DNA of 64,000 nt, taken from positions 13,332,001-13,396,000 of the forward strand of contig CM052832.1 in assembly GCA_028534125.1 (NCBI GenBank). The letters are read 5' to 3'. The notes under the pieces are model-generated. The model was not told the origin of the DNA. It made no database searches and was given only the letters and a program-made list of their open reading frames with translations. Position numbers and translations under genes: made by a program. Below are positions 25,611 through 38,627 of the stretch, piece by piece. This stretch comes from Lama glama. Lineage: Eukaryota. How positions within the stretch are numbered: the stretch's first letter is position 1; every line of letters begins with the position of its first letter.

Positions 25611-25745
25611 CTGCGGCGGGGTGGAGGACTCCTTCTCCGATAATCATCTCGAGGGCGACGACCCCAAGAGGGAGGCGGTCCACGATTTCGACTTCTCTTT
25701 TCACCATTGGACAGTTCCACCCTTACTCGGCAGCCACACAGTGTT
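25611..25745 (-). CDS. SRSF3: SRSF3 exon 3 (135 nt): [44 protein letters not shown]
   Basis: tag| acceptor, |gtac donor, phase 2/2; translation continues the SRSF3 protein. Confidence 0.98.
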
Positions 25746-27003
25746 CTAGGGGGCAAGAAATGTTAAATTTAAATCAGGAAAGTTGACCTTCAAGTGTATC
25801 AAAGCAAAACAAAACAACTCTCCTATAGTTAGCTTCTTTGCAAAGAACATACCTGAATGTCTGCAGAATCCTTAATACCAAAACAAATTTCAGTTCCCTC
25901 ATTTTTTTCTAGTAAAGAACACCAACTTCCTTACATCTTTGTTAGTCAGATCATTGGGCTCAATGTTAACAGTCGCAATTTAAGTGTGAAAACCTCTGGA
26001 TTCATCCTCGAAGAACTAGTTCATCTGTACATCCTACTGTGACTTCTTCTGAGGTCCCAACAACTGTTTACTAACCTTACTATACCGTATTCATCGGTCT
26101 CCACCCCCCCCAACCAATTAAACAGCAATAAACAGGACAGAAGCATTCTGGTCATTTAACATCACCATCTCCCCTCAATCACAACACGATAGTTGACACA
26201 TACATAATAAACTGCAGCTGAGAATACAGAAAAATAGTTATCTCCCACCTTTTCATTGGTCCACAAACACTGAATTTAGATAAGCCACTAAATTTGGAAA
26301 ATGACTAGGAAGAGGTGGGACCCTGGAAAATTTTTAATTTCTGTAATCTACTTAAATAAATGACCTTTTATAAAGCTGTACTGCCAACCCTCAGACCCCT
26401 TAATTTTGGGATCTTGAAGATTGAATTCTTGCTTTCATGAAATCCAGTGGTTTTCAAATACCAGGAAGGAGAAGGGAAACAACACCTGTTCACTGAAGAC
26501 ACAGGTGTTACAACAGGTAACAGGACACTGTAAATGCAAAGGGAAATAGCTGTATGATCCACACACTTCCTAAACAAACTATTTCAAACCTGTGTAAAAG
26601 ATAATGGTACAATAAATCCATGTAACCACTATCCAGCTACAATCAATTTGTGGCCACAAGGCCATGTTTGATTCCACAATTATTTTACAAACAATTCAAA
26701 GGGGACAACAGTGCTCTATGGAAGGTTTAGATTCAAACGTCTCAAGGGTTTTCTGAATGCACCTATCCACTCAACCAAGGACTGTTAAAGGTTACTTTCT
26801 TCAATGGTCAACTGAACAGAAATGTTTCCTACATATCTTCACTAAAACTGTTCAGTCCTTTTGATTGCAAAAACAGGTTTATGTGAATCTCCAATAACAT
26901 CAACTTCAGACAGCCAAGAAGCCATCTAAAAGTCACGTATCCTAGAGATTTTAAATATTAAAACACAAGCAACATTTACCATTAGTATAAATTAGTAAAT
27001 TAC

Positions 27004-27209
27004 CTCCCATCTAGCTCTCGGACAGCATCCGCTGCATCTCGAGGATCTTCAAATTCAACAAAAGCAAAGCCGGGAGGGTTTCTAGCAACCCAAACACTTC
27101 GGAGTGGTCCGTAATAGCCAAAAGCTCGTTCCAATTCAGTCTTGTTACCATTGTTTCCAAGATTACCTACATAAACTTTACAGTCCAATGGACAGGAATC
27201 ACGATGCAT
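27004..27209 (-). CDS. SRSF3: SRSF3 exon 2 coding part (206 nt), RRM N-terminal: [69 protein letters not shown]
   Basis: Recognisable SRp20 RRM with RNP2 (VYVGNL) and RNP1 (PGFAFVEF); acceptor ttacag|AA-ATG with exon start 27211; donor AG|gtaatt. Confidence 0.99.
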
Positions 27210-27859
27210 TTCTGTAACAAAAAGAAAATACCCCAAATATCATAATCCACACAGTGAAAAAACTAGTCTTTGGAAAGAACTCAAAAATACTAAAAACCAA
27301 AAAAGTAAAAGTACTGCCCTTGAAACACCCAGACTCACCCCAATCATTACAGATAACTGCCTGGAAGCCAGCACAAATTGCATTAAAAATAAAACAAAAG
27401 ACTGCCTCCCCCAAAAAATGAGGGGGAAAAAAATACCCTGGAGGAGCATTTACCACAAAGTAGGCAGTTAGGGACTTTACCTGCTATTTCAATGAACCTC
27501 AAAAAAATTTTTTTCACCAGGCACTGAGAAAGGTAAGCAAATCCTGAAGACTCAAAAACAAAATGAACTGTAAACTGACAATACTTAAAAAACGAAATGA
27601 AATGCTTAAGAAATACAGCAGTTAAGGCTAAACCACTAGAAAAGTGATACAAATGTGCCTTCACAAGACAAAATTTAACCAGCCTCATAATCCTCAAGCA
27701 GCAAGACAAACTTTTTAAATTGTACCTCACTGTATTCTCAACAGCCAAAAGATGTTAACCCAAGTCCAGCAACAAATGGTTAAATTATCCGCAACAGAGG
27801 AATGAAGTACAATTCAAAAATGAAGTACTCAAAAATGCTACAAACTTGAAGGCTGGATG

Positions 27860-28130
27860 CTAAATTTGATACCAGACGCAGAACCGCACAAACGTAGACT
27901 CCACGCATATGAAATATCCAAAATGGGTAAATCCAGAGAGTAGTGGCTACCGGGGGCTAGGTAGGGGAGGAGTGGGATAGGGCAAACAGGGAGTGGCTAC
28001 TTAACGTGTACACCTCTCCTTAGGGGGTATAAAATGTTTTGGAACTAGAGGTGATGTTGCACAACATTGGACTGTACCAAATACCTCTGAATCGTGCACT
28101 TTAAAATGAATCTTACGTTACTTTCGCCTC
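27860..28130 (+). mobile_element. L1MB-like 3' fragment in SRSF3 intron 1 (antisense to SRSF3)
   Basis: atatgaaatatccaaaatgggtaaatcc...aaaatgttttggaactag...gttgcacaacatt...gcactttaaaatg. Confidence 0.7.
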
Positions 28131-28649
28131 GGGTGGGGATAATAGGTATTTGTTATGATTTTACAGCACTTTGAGGGCTTACATCTGATAAATCTTCACT
28201 ACTTATAAAGGCGCCTCAGCAATGAATCTAGTCGACTTACAAGCCAGTATCAATTGCACAGAAAAAGCAGCCTGTCCCATAACTCAGCTGAAGGGCTGTT
28301 GCAAACACCATGTTCTCACTCTGGGCTAATCAAATTTTAAAACGCCAGTCCAGACACATCCTATTTGCATGACCTCATCCTGTGCCCAAAAGTTCTGAGA
28401 CTAAATCATTGCTAGGGAATGGTTTGGGGGGGGGGCACTACCGTGACCAGTTTCAGGCCTACGTATTAACAGGAAGCAGCTACAAGAACAATTCAGCTCA
28501 AGGAAGATCGGTTTCAAAAAAAAAAAAAAACTAGATTCAGGCTGTATAAAGTGAAGTCAAGTTAAAATTACAAAAATGAGGTGACTACAAAAATCACTTA
28601 ATATGGGTCGAAAAATCCAGTCTTGATTCGTGACTTGAAAAAATCCTGA

Positions 28650-29620
28650 GACGCTACCTGAGAAAACGTGTCCCCCCCCCCAAAAAAAAGGCGCCATAAA
28701 TTCAAAGGCCGCGGCCCCGAGTACAACCGATTACCGAGTTCCTCTTCGCCTCAACTCTCGGGCAATCTCACTTTCTGGCTTACCACTCCCAGTGAAGGGT
28801 TAAAAACACCTCCACTTCCAGACCTGGGAACATCCTCCCAGGGGCCGAGAGCCCCCGCCACCGCCCCGTGCTGAACGTCACAAAATGGCGGCTGCGTCTC
28901 TTTGTCTCAGTCTGGCACCGCCATTGGCCCGGCCCGACCTGGGTCCTGTTAAGTTCCACTTCCCACTTCATTCCTTAAGTCGCTGGTCTCTTACCGAGAT
29001 CTTGTGTTAAAAACGCGGAGGCTCAAATCCACACACACTCGGCAGGGTCGTCCCGCTCCCCACACGCGAGACTCCCGCAGAAGCTCTCGCTGACCTGGCG
29101 TCCACGAAATGGCGGACCACCGCCTTCTCCCCGCCCTTATTTATACGCCAACTGGAGTCACATGATTGGACGGGCTCGCCCAATGAAAAGCGGAGGAGGT
29201 CGTGACGGAGCTGCTACAAACGCAGCGAGAACCGCGGTTACTGGGAGCGCGCTCTGGCTGTGCCGCCTTGTCCGCGGAGACGAGCGCTGTTACGCTCTGG
29301 TCGCCTGAGGCCCGGAGAGTGTAATTTCCCCGCTGCCGGCATTAGAGTTACCCTCAGTCCCCCCTCCCTCATCTCCAGATAGGCTAGGGTTCCCAGGCGC
29401 CTTTAGAGCCTTTTGCTTCTAATGAGATTAAAGTATTAGATGAATTCACTAATTACCTTATCCTTGTGAGCGGTTAGGCAGGAACTAAGACCGTCAGTTT
29501 TGCAAACGTGCTACGGAGTTGCTCTCAAGGTCACGGAACTGTTTGTGACCGAGCTGCCGCCAGATTGTGCCCGCCCAGGTCCCACACTTAAGGAAAAGCC
29601 CGATCCTGGAAGGGCTGCCC
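28650..29620 (-). promoter_or_regulatory. SRSF3: SRSF3 CpG-island promoter: TATA box (29145-29137), CCAAT boxes (29164-29169, 29180-29184), E-box GTCACATG (29157-29164), YY1 motifs (29106-29115, 28881-28892)
   Basis: High CpG density; motifs read directly; TATA is correctly spaced from the CCGCCATTT start region. Confidence 0.9.
28995..29115 (-). other. SRSF3: SRSF3 exon 1 (non-coding 5'UTR); TSS approximate
   Basis: Starts ~30 nt downstream of TATAAATAA at CCGCCATTT; ends GATCTCG|gtaaga (donor GT at 28994-28993); splices to AA-ATG of exon 2. Confidence 0.88.
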
Positions 29621-31171
29621 AACTCTGGTTGGTTTCCCACCTCTCACCCAAACTGCAGGATTTGGCAGAGATGGTAGCGTCATCATCCTGGACTCTTGAA
29701 ATGTTTACTAGAAACTGAAAGGCAAATGAGAGTGGTCAGGCAGTCTGGAAACGATCACCTTTAGCAAATAACAGTGAAAGAAGGTTCCTGAAGAAGACTG
29801 AATTTAAATTCTGGGACGCCAAACGAGTGCCAGCCTGTCTCCTTCCAACGGTATTGACCTGGGGGCAGGGGTGGGACCCATGGGTCATTCACACTTTACT
29901 TTGTTTTCCACTTCCATTAAAAAAAAAACAAAAAACAGCCACGAGAATAATTAACTCTGGGGAGAGAAATACCGCGAATGTGTCAAAAAAAATCACGAAG
30001 ATCTCCCTCTCTAAAACAGTGAGTTGAGCTAGGAAGTTTGCCCGGTGTTCCCTACCCCCTTTCAGTGGAGTCTAACTTATTGCTAAAATTTATTTAAATT
30101 TGCTCTTAAGAAAACAATAACCATTTGTATGTTTCCGCCATTAGCTGAAAGCTATGCCAATTATTTACTTGTTTTGTTTTTCCCAGATATTTTCTTTTGA
30201 AGCCGTATCTCTTATTGTGGCTCTAAAATGTTTATCTGTAGTGGGGAGAAAAAAAATTTAATGGCTCTGAGCCTTAGTTTTCTTACCTGTAAAATGGGAT
30301 TTCATACTGCAAGGGAAGAGAGGAAATGGGAAGTACTTTTGTTGAGCCAGGCCCTGAGCTGGATTTACTTGGGATGTTTCCCAGGCGAGGCATTCTAGCA
30401 AATGCTTTCTGTTTTTCTTTTTAATTTTCTTTTTCTAAATGCTTTCCTCTTCTGGCTCACTTATATTTTCTCTGATTTACTCCACTCCTTCTGTGAAAGC
30501 TTTTCTCCAATTTTTACTTCCCTCTATCAAAGCAATGCCTTTGAAGTCAGGCACTGCTTGATTTGGACCACAGAATTGCTACTTAGTGCTAAAGTGTCTG
30601 GAGAAGAATCCCTTACCCTTGGGATTGGTTTCCTCTCTGTAAAATAGGATAACTACAACAACCTTGCAGGGTTGTTATGTGCTGTCTGCCCGCACAGGAA
30701 CTTCACTTTTGCCTGGAAACAAGCCTGGCACACAGCAGGTTATCAATACACATTTGTTTATTTAATTAGTTAAGTGATGTGTGTAACTCATTTGGCACAA
30801 TATTTGCCCCCCAAAATGCTGACTCTTTTAAAATGTTCTTTTCACACTTCAATATCCTGTTCTTTCCCACCATTTTTCCTGGGTTTTTGTTGTTGTTTGT
30901 GTATGTAATGTTAGTCTAGCATGCATCTTTCAATGGAGCACTCTTAATCCCTCCAACCATATTCTCAAATACCTCTTGAACCTCTCTGCCCATCCACTCA
31001 CCCATTCCATCTTCTGGTAACTGCAGCTAAGTGAATTATCCATTTAAATTATGGAATATTTTAATGTTTCTTTAAATGTATTCAACCACCAACCGCTGTG
31101 GTCTAGATCCTACCACCAGAGAAAGCTTCACGAGACCATTTCTTAATTTCTTGGACAGGAAATGGGGATCA

Positions 31172-32073
31172 TGTGTTGTAGTAAACAAACATCTGTTGAT
31201 TTTCTCTGAGGAACTACTTTTCTCACAGTAGTCCACATTATCGATTTAGGTGTGGTTGGGTCCTACACCCTGCTTTTTCAGAAGTAGAGACATGAACACC
31301 CTGGTTAATTAAATCATTCTGGTTCTTAGTGCCCCTGTCTACCCACCCCCGTTAGTTCAGGAATGGATGAGTAATCCAATCAGACCTGTCAGTTAATGGC
31401 ACTTGTAATTTTAAAAATTACAATAACTTCAGAACTTTTAATAGCTAACTTAAATGTAGAATATAAGGGTTTAACAATTTCTAGCTTCCATATTTTTTAC
31501 AAGCCATAAACAGTGCTAGGGCTTCTGGTTAAAGTGATTGCAAATTTGGACCCTAAAGTCAGATAACTCCCTGAAGTTGACTTTATATCAGGTTCTATCT
31601 TAGCCACATCATAGCCATAAACTATTATCCTTTTAAAGAAACTCTTTCAATTTAAGATTCTGCAAGTTGTATACTGCAAAAAATGCCCTTATAAATTTGT
31701 AAGAGCGATGTAATTATTGATGTACCATATTACCTCCATGATTTCTTAGCTATTTTGTCAGCACTGCTGCTAGGCCAGCCATTGAGAGATGTGCTCCCTT
31801 CCTCTGATTGCTAGGGTCCTGAGCCTGGCAGCCATCCTCTTTCCAAGAGGGAGAAAGCAGCCTGCAGTGGACCCAACCTAAAGAGAGGGAAAGCTGAGAG
31901 TTGGGGAATAAGGAGCTCTAGAACTCTTGTTTAAGAAGCGCTGAGCCCAGTTCCACTTTTGGGATTCTTAATTGAACGTACAAGTTCCTTGCCTCTTCCC
32001 CTGATTTGCCTAAGCTACTTTGAGTTCGTTTTTTTTCCTGTTACTTGCAAACAGGATTCCTAATTCCTAACAG
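31172..32073 (+). mobile_element. Old MaLR LTR (MLT1J/K/L-like), interrupted by the 3'UTR copy
   Basis: MLT1-type segments tggcagccatc... and 3' end gcctaagctactttgagtt...ctgttacttgcaa...cctaacaga; ends approximate. Confidence 0.55.
31393..31758. repeat. Diverged same-orientation copy of SRSF3 3'UTR segment 20811-21172
   Basis: Collinear over ~365 nt; exact shared blocks gtgctagggcttctggttaaagtgatt and aaaaatgcccttataaatttgtaagagc. Confidence 0.95.
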
Positions 32074-32769
32074 AAATTACTCAGACACAGACTTCTCAAG
32101 CCTGAGAACCATGGCTCTAACTTATCTTCCAAGTCTAAAATTCACCTGTTATCAATATGATAAATGGGTTTTTTTTTATTTAAGAAAGAAAAAGTTACTG
32201 ATGGCCGAGCATTTGTATCTATGTACAAGAATTAAAACTTTAAATATTGTGATTGACTTAAGGTGTTCATGAAGGAAAATCTAATAAGAGCATGGGCCAT
32301 AACAATAGTTCTTAACTACTTGGTTCAGTTAGTGTTCTGGCAGGAGAAAAATAGCATACTCAACAAAAGATTAAATGAAGAGGCAGTTTTTTTCAGAGGT
32401 ATGTGGGTAAGGAAACCCACAAAGGGTGGGGTGGAGGGGGAGCTTCCAGTGGCAGCTCTTAAGCCCAGTGGGGAAAAGAAGGGAGCAGTGTTACCGGGCC
32501 AGACAAACGTGTAGCTTTGAAGAGAGGCCATAATGGCCTTAGGTAGAGGAACTGTGGCAGCCCAATTTGGGCATGGGGAGGGGGTGGTCTGACATAACTG
32601 GGCTGCTCTCTCTTCCCATAGTCCCATTTTTTAATGGTGCCTCCCATTGCCCAAAACTAGCTAGAAACCTGAGGGCAAAAGAGCTGGGTGATGCAAGCGC
32701 AGGTCGCCTTCCAGGGCGCAGAATGAGGCAGAGAAGACTGGAAACTGAGCTAGGGTTGTATGGTCCAAT

Positions 32770-33062
32770 ACAGCAGACACTAGGCTCATGTGGTTATTTG
32801 AGTCCTGAGATGTTCTATAAACATAAAATACAAGCTGGATTTCAAACATTTATTATTTTAAAAAAAGAATGTAAACTATCTCACTAATTTTTATGTTGAT
32901 TATGTGTTGAAATGATAATGTTTTTGTTGGGTTAAATAATGTATTGGGTTAAATGAACTGTATTATTAAAATTAACTTAAATCTATTTATACTTTTTATG
33001 TGGCTACTAGAACACTTAAAATTACATGTATGGCTCATATTATATTTCTGTTGGACAGTGTT
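32770..33062. mobile_element. MER33/MER3-like hAT element
   Basis: atgtggctactagaacacttaaaattacatgtatggctcatattatatttctgttggacagtg. Confidence 0.65.
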
Positions 33063-33289
33063 ATTTACAGGGAAAAGTGGAAAATAACCTCACACAATTA
33101 CAACAAATACTCATTTAAAAACTCATTTTAATTTTGTATCTTGGACAACTATGTGAAAATAGTGTTTCTGCAAGTTACATATTTAAAGCTTTTTTTAAAA
33201 ACATAATCGCCTTGACACTTTGAGGTATTACCCTTCTATGTATTTTTATATGATCCCCTGAAACAGTTTTTTGGATCATATTACATATT

Positions 33290-33730
33290 TAACAATCATT
33301 CATTCAGTCAAGAAGTATTTGTTAAGTACCTTCTATTTTTCAAACACAGATGGATTTGGAGGAAAAAGTAAGATAAAACAGAGTCACAGGCTGCCATCAT
33401 AGGGCTACGTTCCAATATAGTGGGGAATTAGAGATAATCACACAAGTGGTTGTGAAATTACTTATGTAGAAAATAGTCTGGAGAGGGAAATGGTGTCTTA
33501 AGAACATATGTCACAGGAAAGATTGACTTGAGTAGTTAAACCAAAGATGACTTCCTGGAGGAAGTGATAATTTAGTGATAACAGGAGATATCTGACAAAC
33601 TTTGTCAGAGGAGTGAGAGAGTGAGAGAATGTTGCTAGAAGAGGGTACAGAATATGTAAGTCATGTAGTAAGTTAGAGGAACTAAAAAAGAAAAGGAGGG
33701 GAAAAAAGACCAGTGTGGCTAAAGCACAAA
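33290..33730. mobile_element. L2 fragment
   Basis: cattcattcagtcaagaagtatttgttaagtacc terminus; gacttcctggaggaagtgata. Confidence 0.6.
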
Positions 33731-34384
33731 GTGAGGAATAGATTTGAAATTTTATTAATATGAAAAAAGTTCATTTTATACATGTATTTATTCATATATC
33801 ACTAAGTATTTGCCAAGAGCCTACTAAGTGCTTTCAGTGAAGCAAAGTCACTTTCATTCAGTCAATAAACATTAACTAAGTACTTATTATGTTTCTCTCT
33901 GGAAGGTTCAGAGAGCTGCTATAATCAGATGTTAGAAGTGTATGCACCCAGGAGATTTTCCACTTCCTTCACATAGAAAGATTCCAGGTGACAATTGGAC
34001 TTTTTTATTTTTTAATGGGTGCTCTTGTGCCTGAGAAAGAATAATGATGGATTCTGGTGTTTTGATTAATATTAAATTTACCAAAGTTTCAAATTCCTAA
34101 ATCTAGTTCTTTTTGTATGGTTAAGCTAAACTTCCAATCATTGTTATATTACTTTCTAAAAATCTAATGTTTTTTCATAGGTTCAATAATTTCCACTGTC
34201 CTTAGATAAATCTTTAATAGAATCAGAAGTTAAGCAGAATTTCTCTAAACAAGTAAACTTATTTATACACTTGAATGATTTATCTTCTTTAAATGTATCG
34301 AGTAGCATTTGTACATTTAATACATTTAATTTTCTGAAACATTTTAAAGGTCTATCATAGTAGACTTAAAATTCTAACAAGCAA

Positions 34385-36685
34385 GATAGCCCGTGTTTAT
34401 GTATTGGAAAACTTAATGTTGTCAAGATGGCAGTAATATCCAAAGCAATCTACAGATTCAATGTAATCCCTATCAAAATTCCAAAGAAATTTTTTGCAGA
34501 AATGGAAAAGCCAATCCTCAAATTCATGTTGATTTGCAAGGGGCCCCAAATAACCAAAATTAACATTAACAAAATTAACATTGAAAAGTAAGAACAAATT
34601 TGGAGGACTCACACTTCCCAATTTCAAAACTTGCTACAAAGCTATAGTAATCAATACATTGGTACTAGCATAAGGACAGACATAGACCAATGGAATAGAA
34701 TTGACAGTCCAGAAACAAACCCATACATTTATAGTCAACTGATTTTTGATAAGGGCCAAGACTTTTCGATGGGGAAAGAATAGTCTCTCAAAACAAATGG
34801 TCTGTCAAACAAATGGTGGTGTGACAACTGATACATGAAAAAAAAAAAAGAAGTTGAACCCTTATGTCATATCGTGTACAAAAATTAACTGCAAATGCGT
34901 CAATGACCTAAGTGTTAAATCTGAAACCATAAAATTCTTACAAGAAAACATAGGGGCAAATCTACATGACCCTGGATTTGGCAATGGATTCCTAGATATG
35001 ACACCAAAAGCACAAGCACCAAAAGAAAAAGTAGTTAAATTGAACCTTACCAAAATTAAAAATGTTTGTGCATTAAAGGGCATTATTGAGAAAGTGGAAA
35101 GGGAACTGTTATGTAATAAAGTTGTCTGGTCTTTGTCCCAGGTTCCTGGCATTAAGCTTCCAAAACCCTTGGAATTTCCTGAGCAACCACATGATTAGAG
35201 GGTTGGGACTTTGCGCTATTCCTACCTCTGGGGAGAGGAGAGGAGCTGGGGATTGAATTCAATCATGTAGCCGTTGATTTATTCAATCAAGCCTACATAA
35301 TGATACTCCCATTAAAAACTCTGGACAGAAGCTCAGTGGGGCTTCCTGGTTGCTGAACACACTGATGTGCTGGAAGGGTAATGCACTCTGAGTCTATGGG
35401 GAGGAGACACAGAAACACTGTGTTGGGAACCCTCCCCAACCTTGCCCATTTTTCTATTTGGCTGTTTCTGATCTGTATCCTTTATAATAAAAATGGAACA
35501 GCAAGTATGGTGGTTTCTTGAGTTCTGTAATTCATTCTGGTGAATTATTGAACCTGAGGGAATCATGGAAATTCCTACATTTGTAGCCACATAGTCAAAA
35601 GTGCAGGTAACCTAGAGACCATCAGAAATTGAGACTGGTGTCTGAAGTGGAGACAGTCTTGTTGAGAACCATGTTCTTAAACTTAAGAGAGTCTGATGCT
35701 AACTCCGGGTATCTAATGTCAAATTGAATTGCAGTATACCAGTTGGTGTTGCAACAGTTGGGGCTGAAATGGAACAAAAACCTACAGAATGAGAAAAGTA
35801 TTTGCAAATCATATATCTGATAAAGGAATAGTACCCAGAACTAGTATAAAGCACTTTTACTGCTCAAAAACAACAAATTTTAAAATGGGCAAACTTGAAT
35901 AGACATTTCTCCAAAGAAGATATACAAATGGCCAAGAAACATGTGAAAAGATGTTCAACATCATTGGTTATCAATGCAAATCAAAACCACAGTTAGGTGC
36001 ACCTTCACATGCATTGGGATGGCTAAAATAATCTTTTAAAAAGGAAAATAACAAATGTTGATGAGGATATGGAGAAATTAGAACCCTCACATGTTGCTGG
36101 TGAGAATGTAAAACAGTGTAGCTGCTGTGGAAATGTTTTTCAGTTCCTTACAATGTTAAACATAGAATTACTTTATGACCTAGTAATTCTACTTCTAGGT
36201 ATATACCCAAAGGAACTGAAAACTGATACTTGAAGTACATGCACATGCATGGATATAGCAGCACTATTCACAATTTTGCTAAAAGTTAGGAAGAGCCTAA
36301 ATGTCCATCAATGGATAAACAAATTGTAATATATGCATACGGCAGAATATGATTCATAAGGGATGAGTCCTGCTCCATGCTACAACATGCATGAACCTTG
36401 AAAACATTATGCTAAGTGAAAGAAGCCAGTCACAAAATGTCTCATACTGTATGACCCATTTGTATGAAATATCCACAGTGGGTAAATTTACAGAGATAGA
36501 AAGCAGGTTGGTGGTTTTCAGGGATGAGGGTGGGGTGGTGGGAAGCAGCTTCTTAATGAACACCAGGTTTCCTTTTGGAGAGATGAATATATTTTGAAAC
36601 TAGGTACAACATTGTGAATGTACTAAATATTACTGAATTGTTCACTTTAAAATGGTTAATTTTATGTTACGTGCATTTCACCTGG
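34385..36685 (+). mobile_element. L1 (L1MB-like) ORF2 3' end and 3'UTR, degraded, interrupted by an LTR
   Basis: gcaatctacagattcaatgtaatccctatcaaaattcca; gacatagaccaatggaatagaatt; catgaaccttgaaaacattatgctaagtgaaagaagccagtcac; ORFs 34854 and 36391 are L1-like. Confidence 0.9.
35108..35756. mobile_element. MER21-like ERVL-class solo LTR nested in L1
   Basis: TG...CA termini; ctggtctttgtcccaggttcctggc...agagggttgggacttt; similar to the element at 37536-38430. Confidence 0.6.
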
Positions 36686-37028
36686 ATTTTTTTTTCATTG
36701 AAGTATAGTCAGTTACAATGTATCAGTTTCTGGTGTACAGCATAATGTCCCAGTTATGCATACATATACATGCATTTGTTTTCATATTCTTTTTCATTAA
36801 AGGTTATTACAAGATACTGAATATAGTTCCCTGTGCTATACAGAAGAAATTTGTTTGTTATCTGTTTTTACATGTAGTGGTTAACAATTGCAAATCTCAA
36901 ACTCCCAAATTTATCCCTTCTCACCTTTTTTCCCTTGTCACCTCAATTTTTAAAAAAGGAAAAAAAAAAAGAAAAAATTATAACAAGCAAAAGTGTTTTA
37001 AGTCTCTAAGCAATTCTTATAAACCTAA

Positions 37029-38627
37029 TGTAATGGACAGAATGTTTGTGTCCCCCCAAAATTCGTATGTTGATACTTGAAACATTTTTTAATTTTTTTT
37101 TGAGGTATAGTTGATTTATAATATTACATTAGTTTCAGGTATACAACATGATTCAAAATTTTTATAGATTATACTCCATTTAAAGTTATAAAATATTGCA
37201 ATAGTCCCTGTACTGTAGCTTGTATCCTCCTAGCTTATTTTAGACATAATAGTTTGTACCTCTTAATTCCTTACCCCTATCTTGCCCCTCCCCTCTTCTC
37301 TCTCCCCACTGGTGACCACAAGTTTGTTTTCTGTATCTGTTTCTGTTTTGTTATATTCATCTCTTTGCTTTTTACTTATTTATTTTTATTATTATTTTTT
37401 CCATTTCTTTGTTTTTTAGATTCCACATATAAGTCACATGTATTGAAACTTTATCCAGTGTGGTGGTATTTTGATGTGTGACTTTTGGCAGTTAATTAGA
37501 TCTTGAGGGTAGAGCCCTTACGAATGCAATGTATCTGTGATATCGTAATTTATAGGAAAATTATATATTTGGTCATTCTGATGACTGAAAGGTATTTCTC
37601 ATATATATTTGGTTTTCATCCACAGTTCCTGGCTCACAACTCCCAAAATCCTTGGAATTTCCTGAGAGATAAGAACAATGCATAAAATTTGGTATCTTGT
37701 CCTCAGTTCCTCAAAACGCTTCAGGTAAGTTGACTTTTGGATCCCACCCAAGGATGGGGCCTGGTTGCCAGGAGAACTAACCATGTGATTAGATGGTTAG
37801 AACTTTCAGGCCCGCCCACTGACCTCAGGGGAGGGAAGAGAGGCTGGAGGTTGAATCAATCACTGTCAGTCAATGGTTAATCCAATCATGCCTTTGTAAA
37901 ATTAATTAAGCCTCTGTAAAAGCCAAAAAGGACAGTGTTAGGAGAGCTTCCGGGTCAGTGAACACCGAGGACGTGCTGGGAGAGGGCATGAAAGCTCCCC
38001 ACCCTTTCCCTGCCCCTTAGTCTACGCATCTCTTCCATCTGGACATTCACCTGTGTCCTTTATTATGATAAATCAATAATCTAGTAAGTAAAATGTTTCT
38101 CTGAATTCTGTGAGCCTTTCTAGCAAATTAAAGAAATCAAAAAAGGAAGGAGTTGTGGGAACCTCTGCTTTATAGCACAGGTGGGAAGCACAGGTGGGAA
38201 ACACAGATAACAACCTGGGCTTGTGACTGGCTTCTAAGTGGAGGGTGGTCTTGTGGGACTAAGCCCTTTAGCTGTGGAATCTCAGATTCTGTCTCCTGGT
38301 GGATAGTGTTGGAATTGAGCTGAATTCACAGACACCCTGTTGGTGTTCGAGAATTGCTTGTTGGTGTGGGGAAGCCTACACACACACACACACCCCTTGG
38401 AATTAAGTCCAGAAACCCCCTTTTCAGTACACATATTAGGAGAAGCCAGAGAACTCTCTAGCCCTCTTTCAGCCATGTGAAGTTACATGGAGAAGTCACC
38501 AGAACCCAGTCATGCTGGCACCCTGATCTCAGACTTCTGGCCTCCAGAACTGTGAGAAATAAATTCATGTTGTTTGTAAGCCACCCAGGCTATGGTACTT
38601 TTTTTTATAGCAGCCCAAACTAAGACA
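37029..38627 (+). mobile_element. MLT1A/B MaLR LTR carrying nested L1 3' fragment (~37085-37435, minus) and MER21-like LTR (~37536-38430)
   Basis: tgtaatggacagaatgtttgtgtccccccaaaattc start; gcaccctgatctcagacttctggcctccagaactgtgagaaataaattc...gcagcccaaactaagaca end. Confidence 0.8.

Noticed and set aside
34854..35198. 114-aa ORF
   Set aside because: Degraded L1 ORF2 running into an LTR
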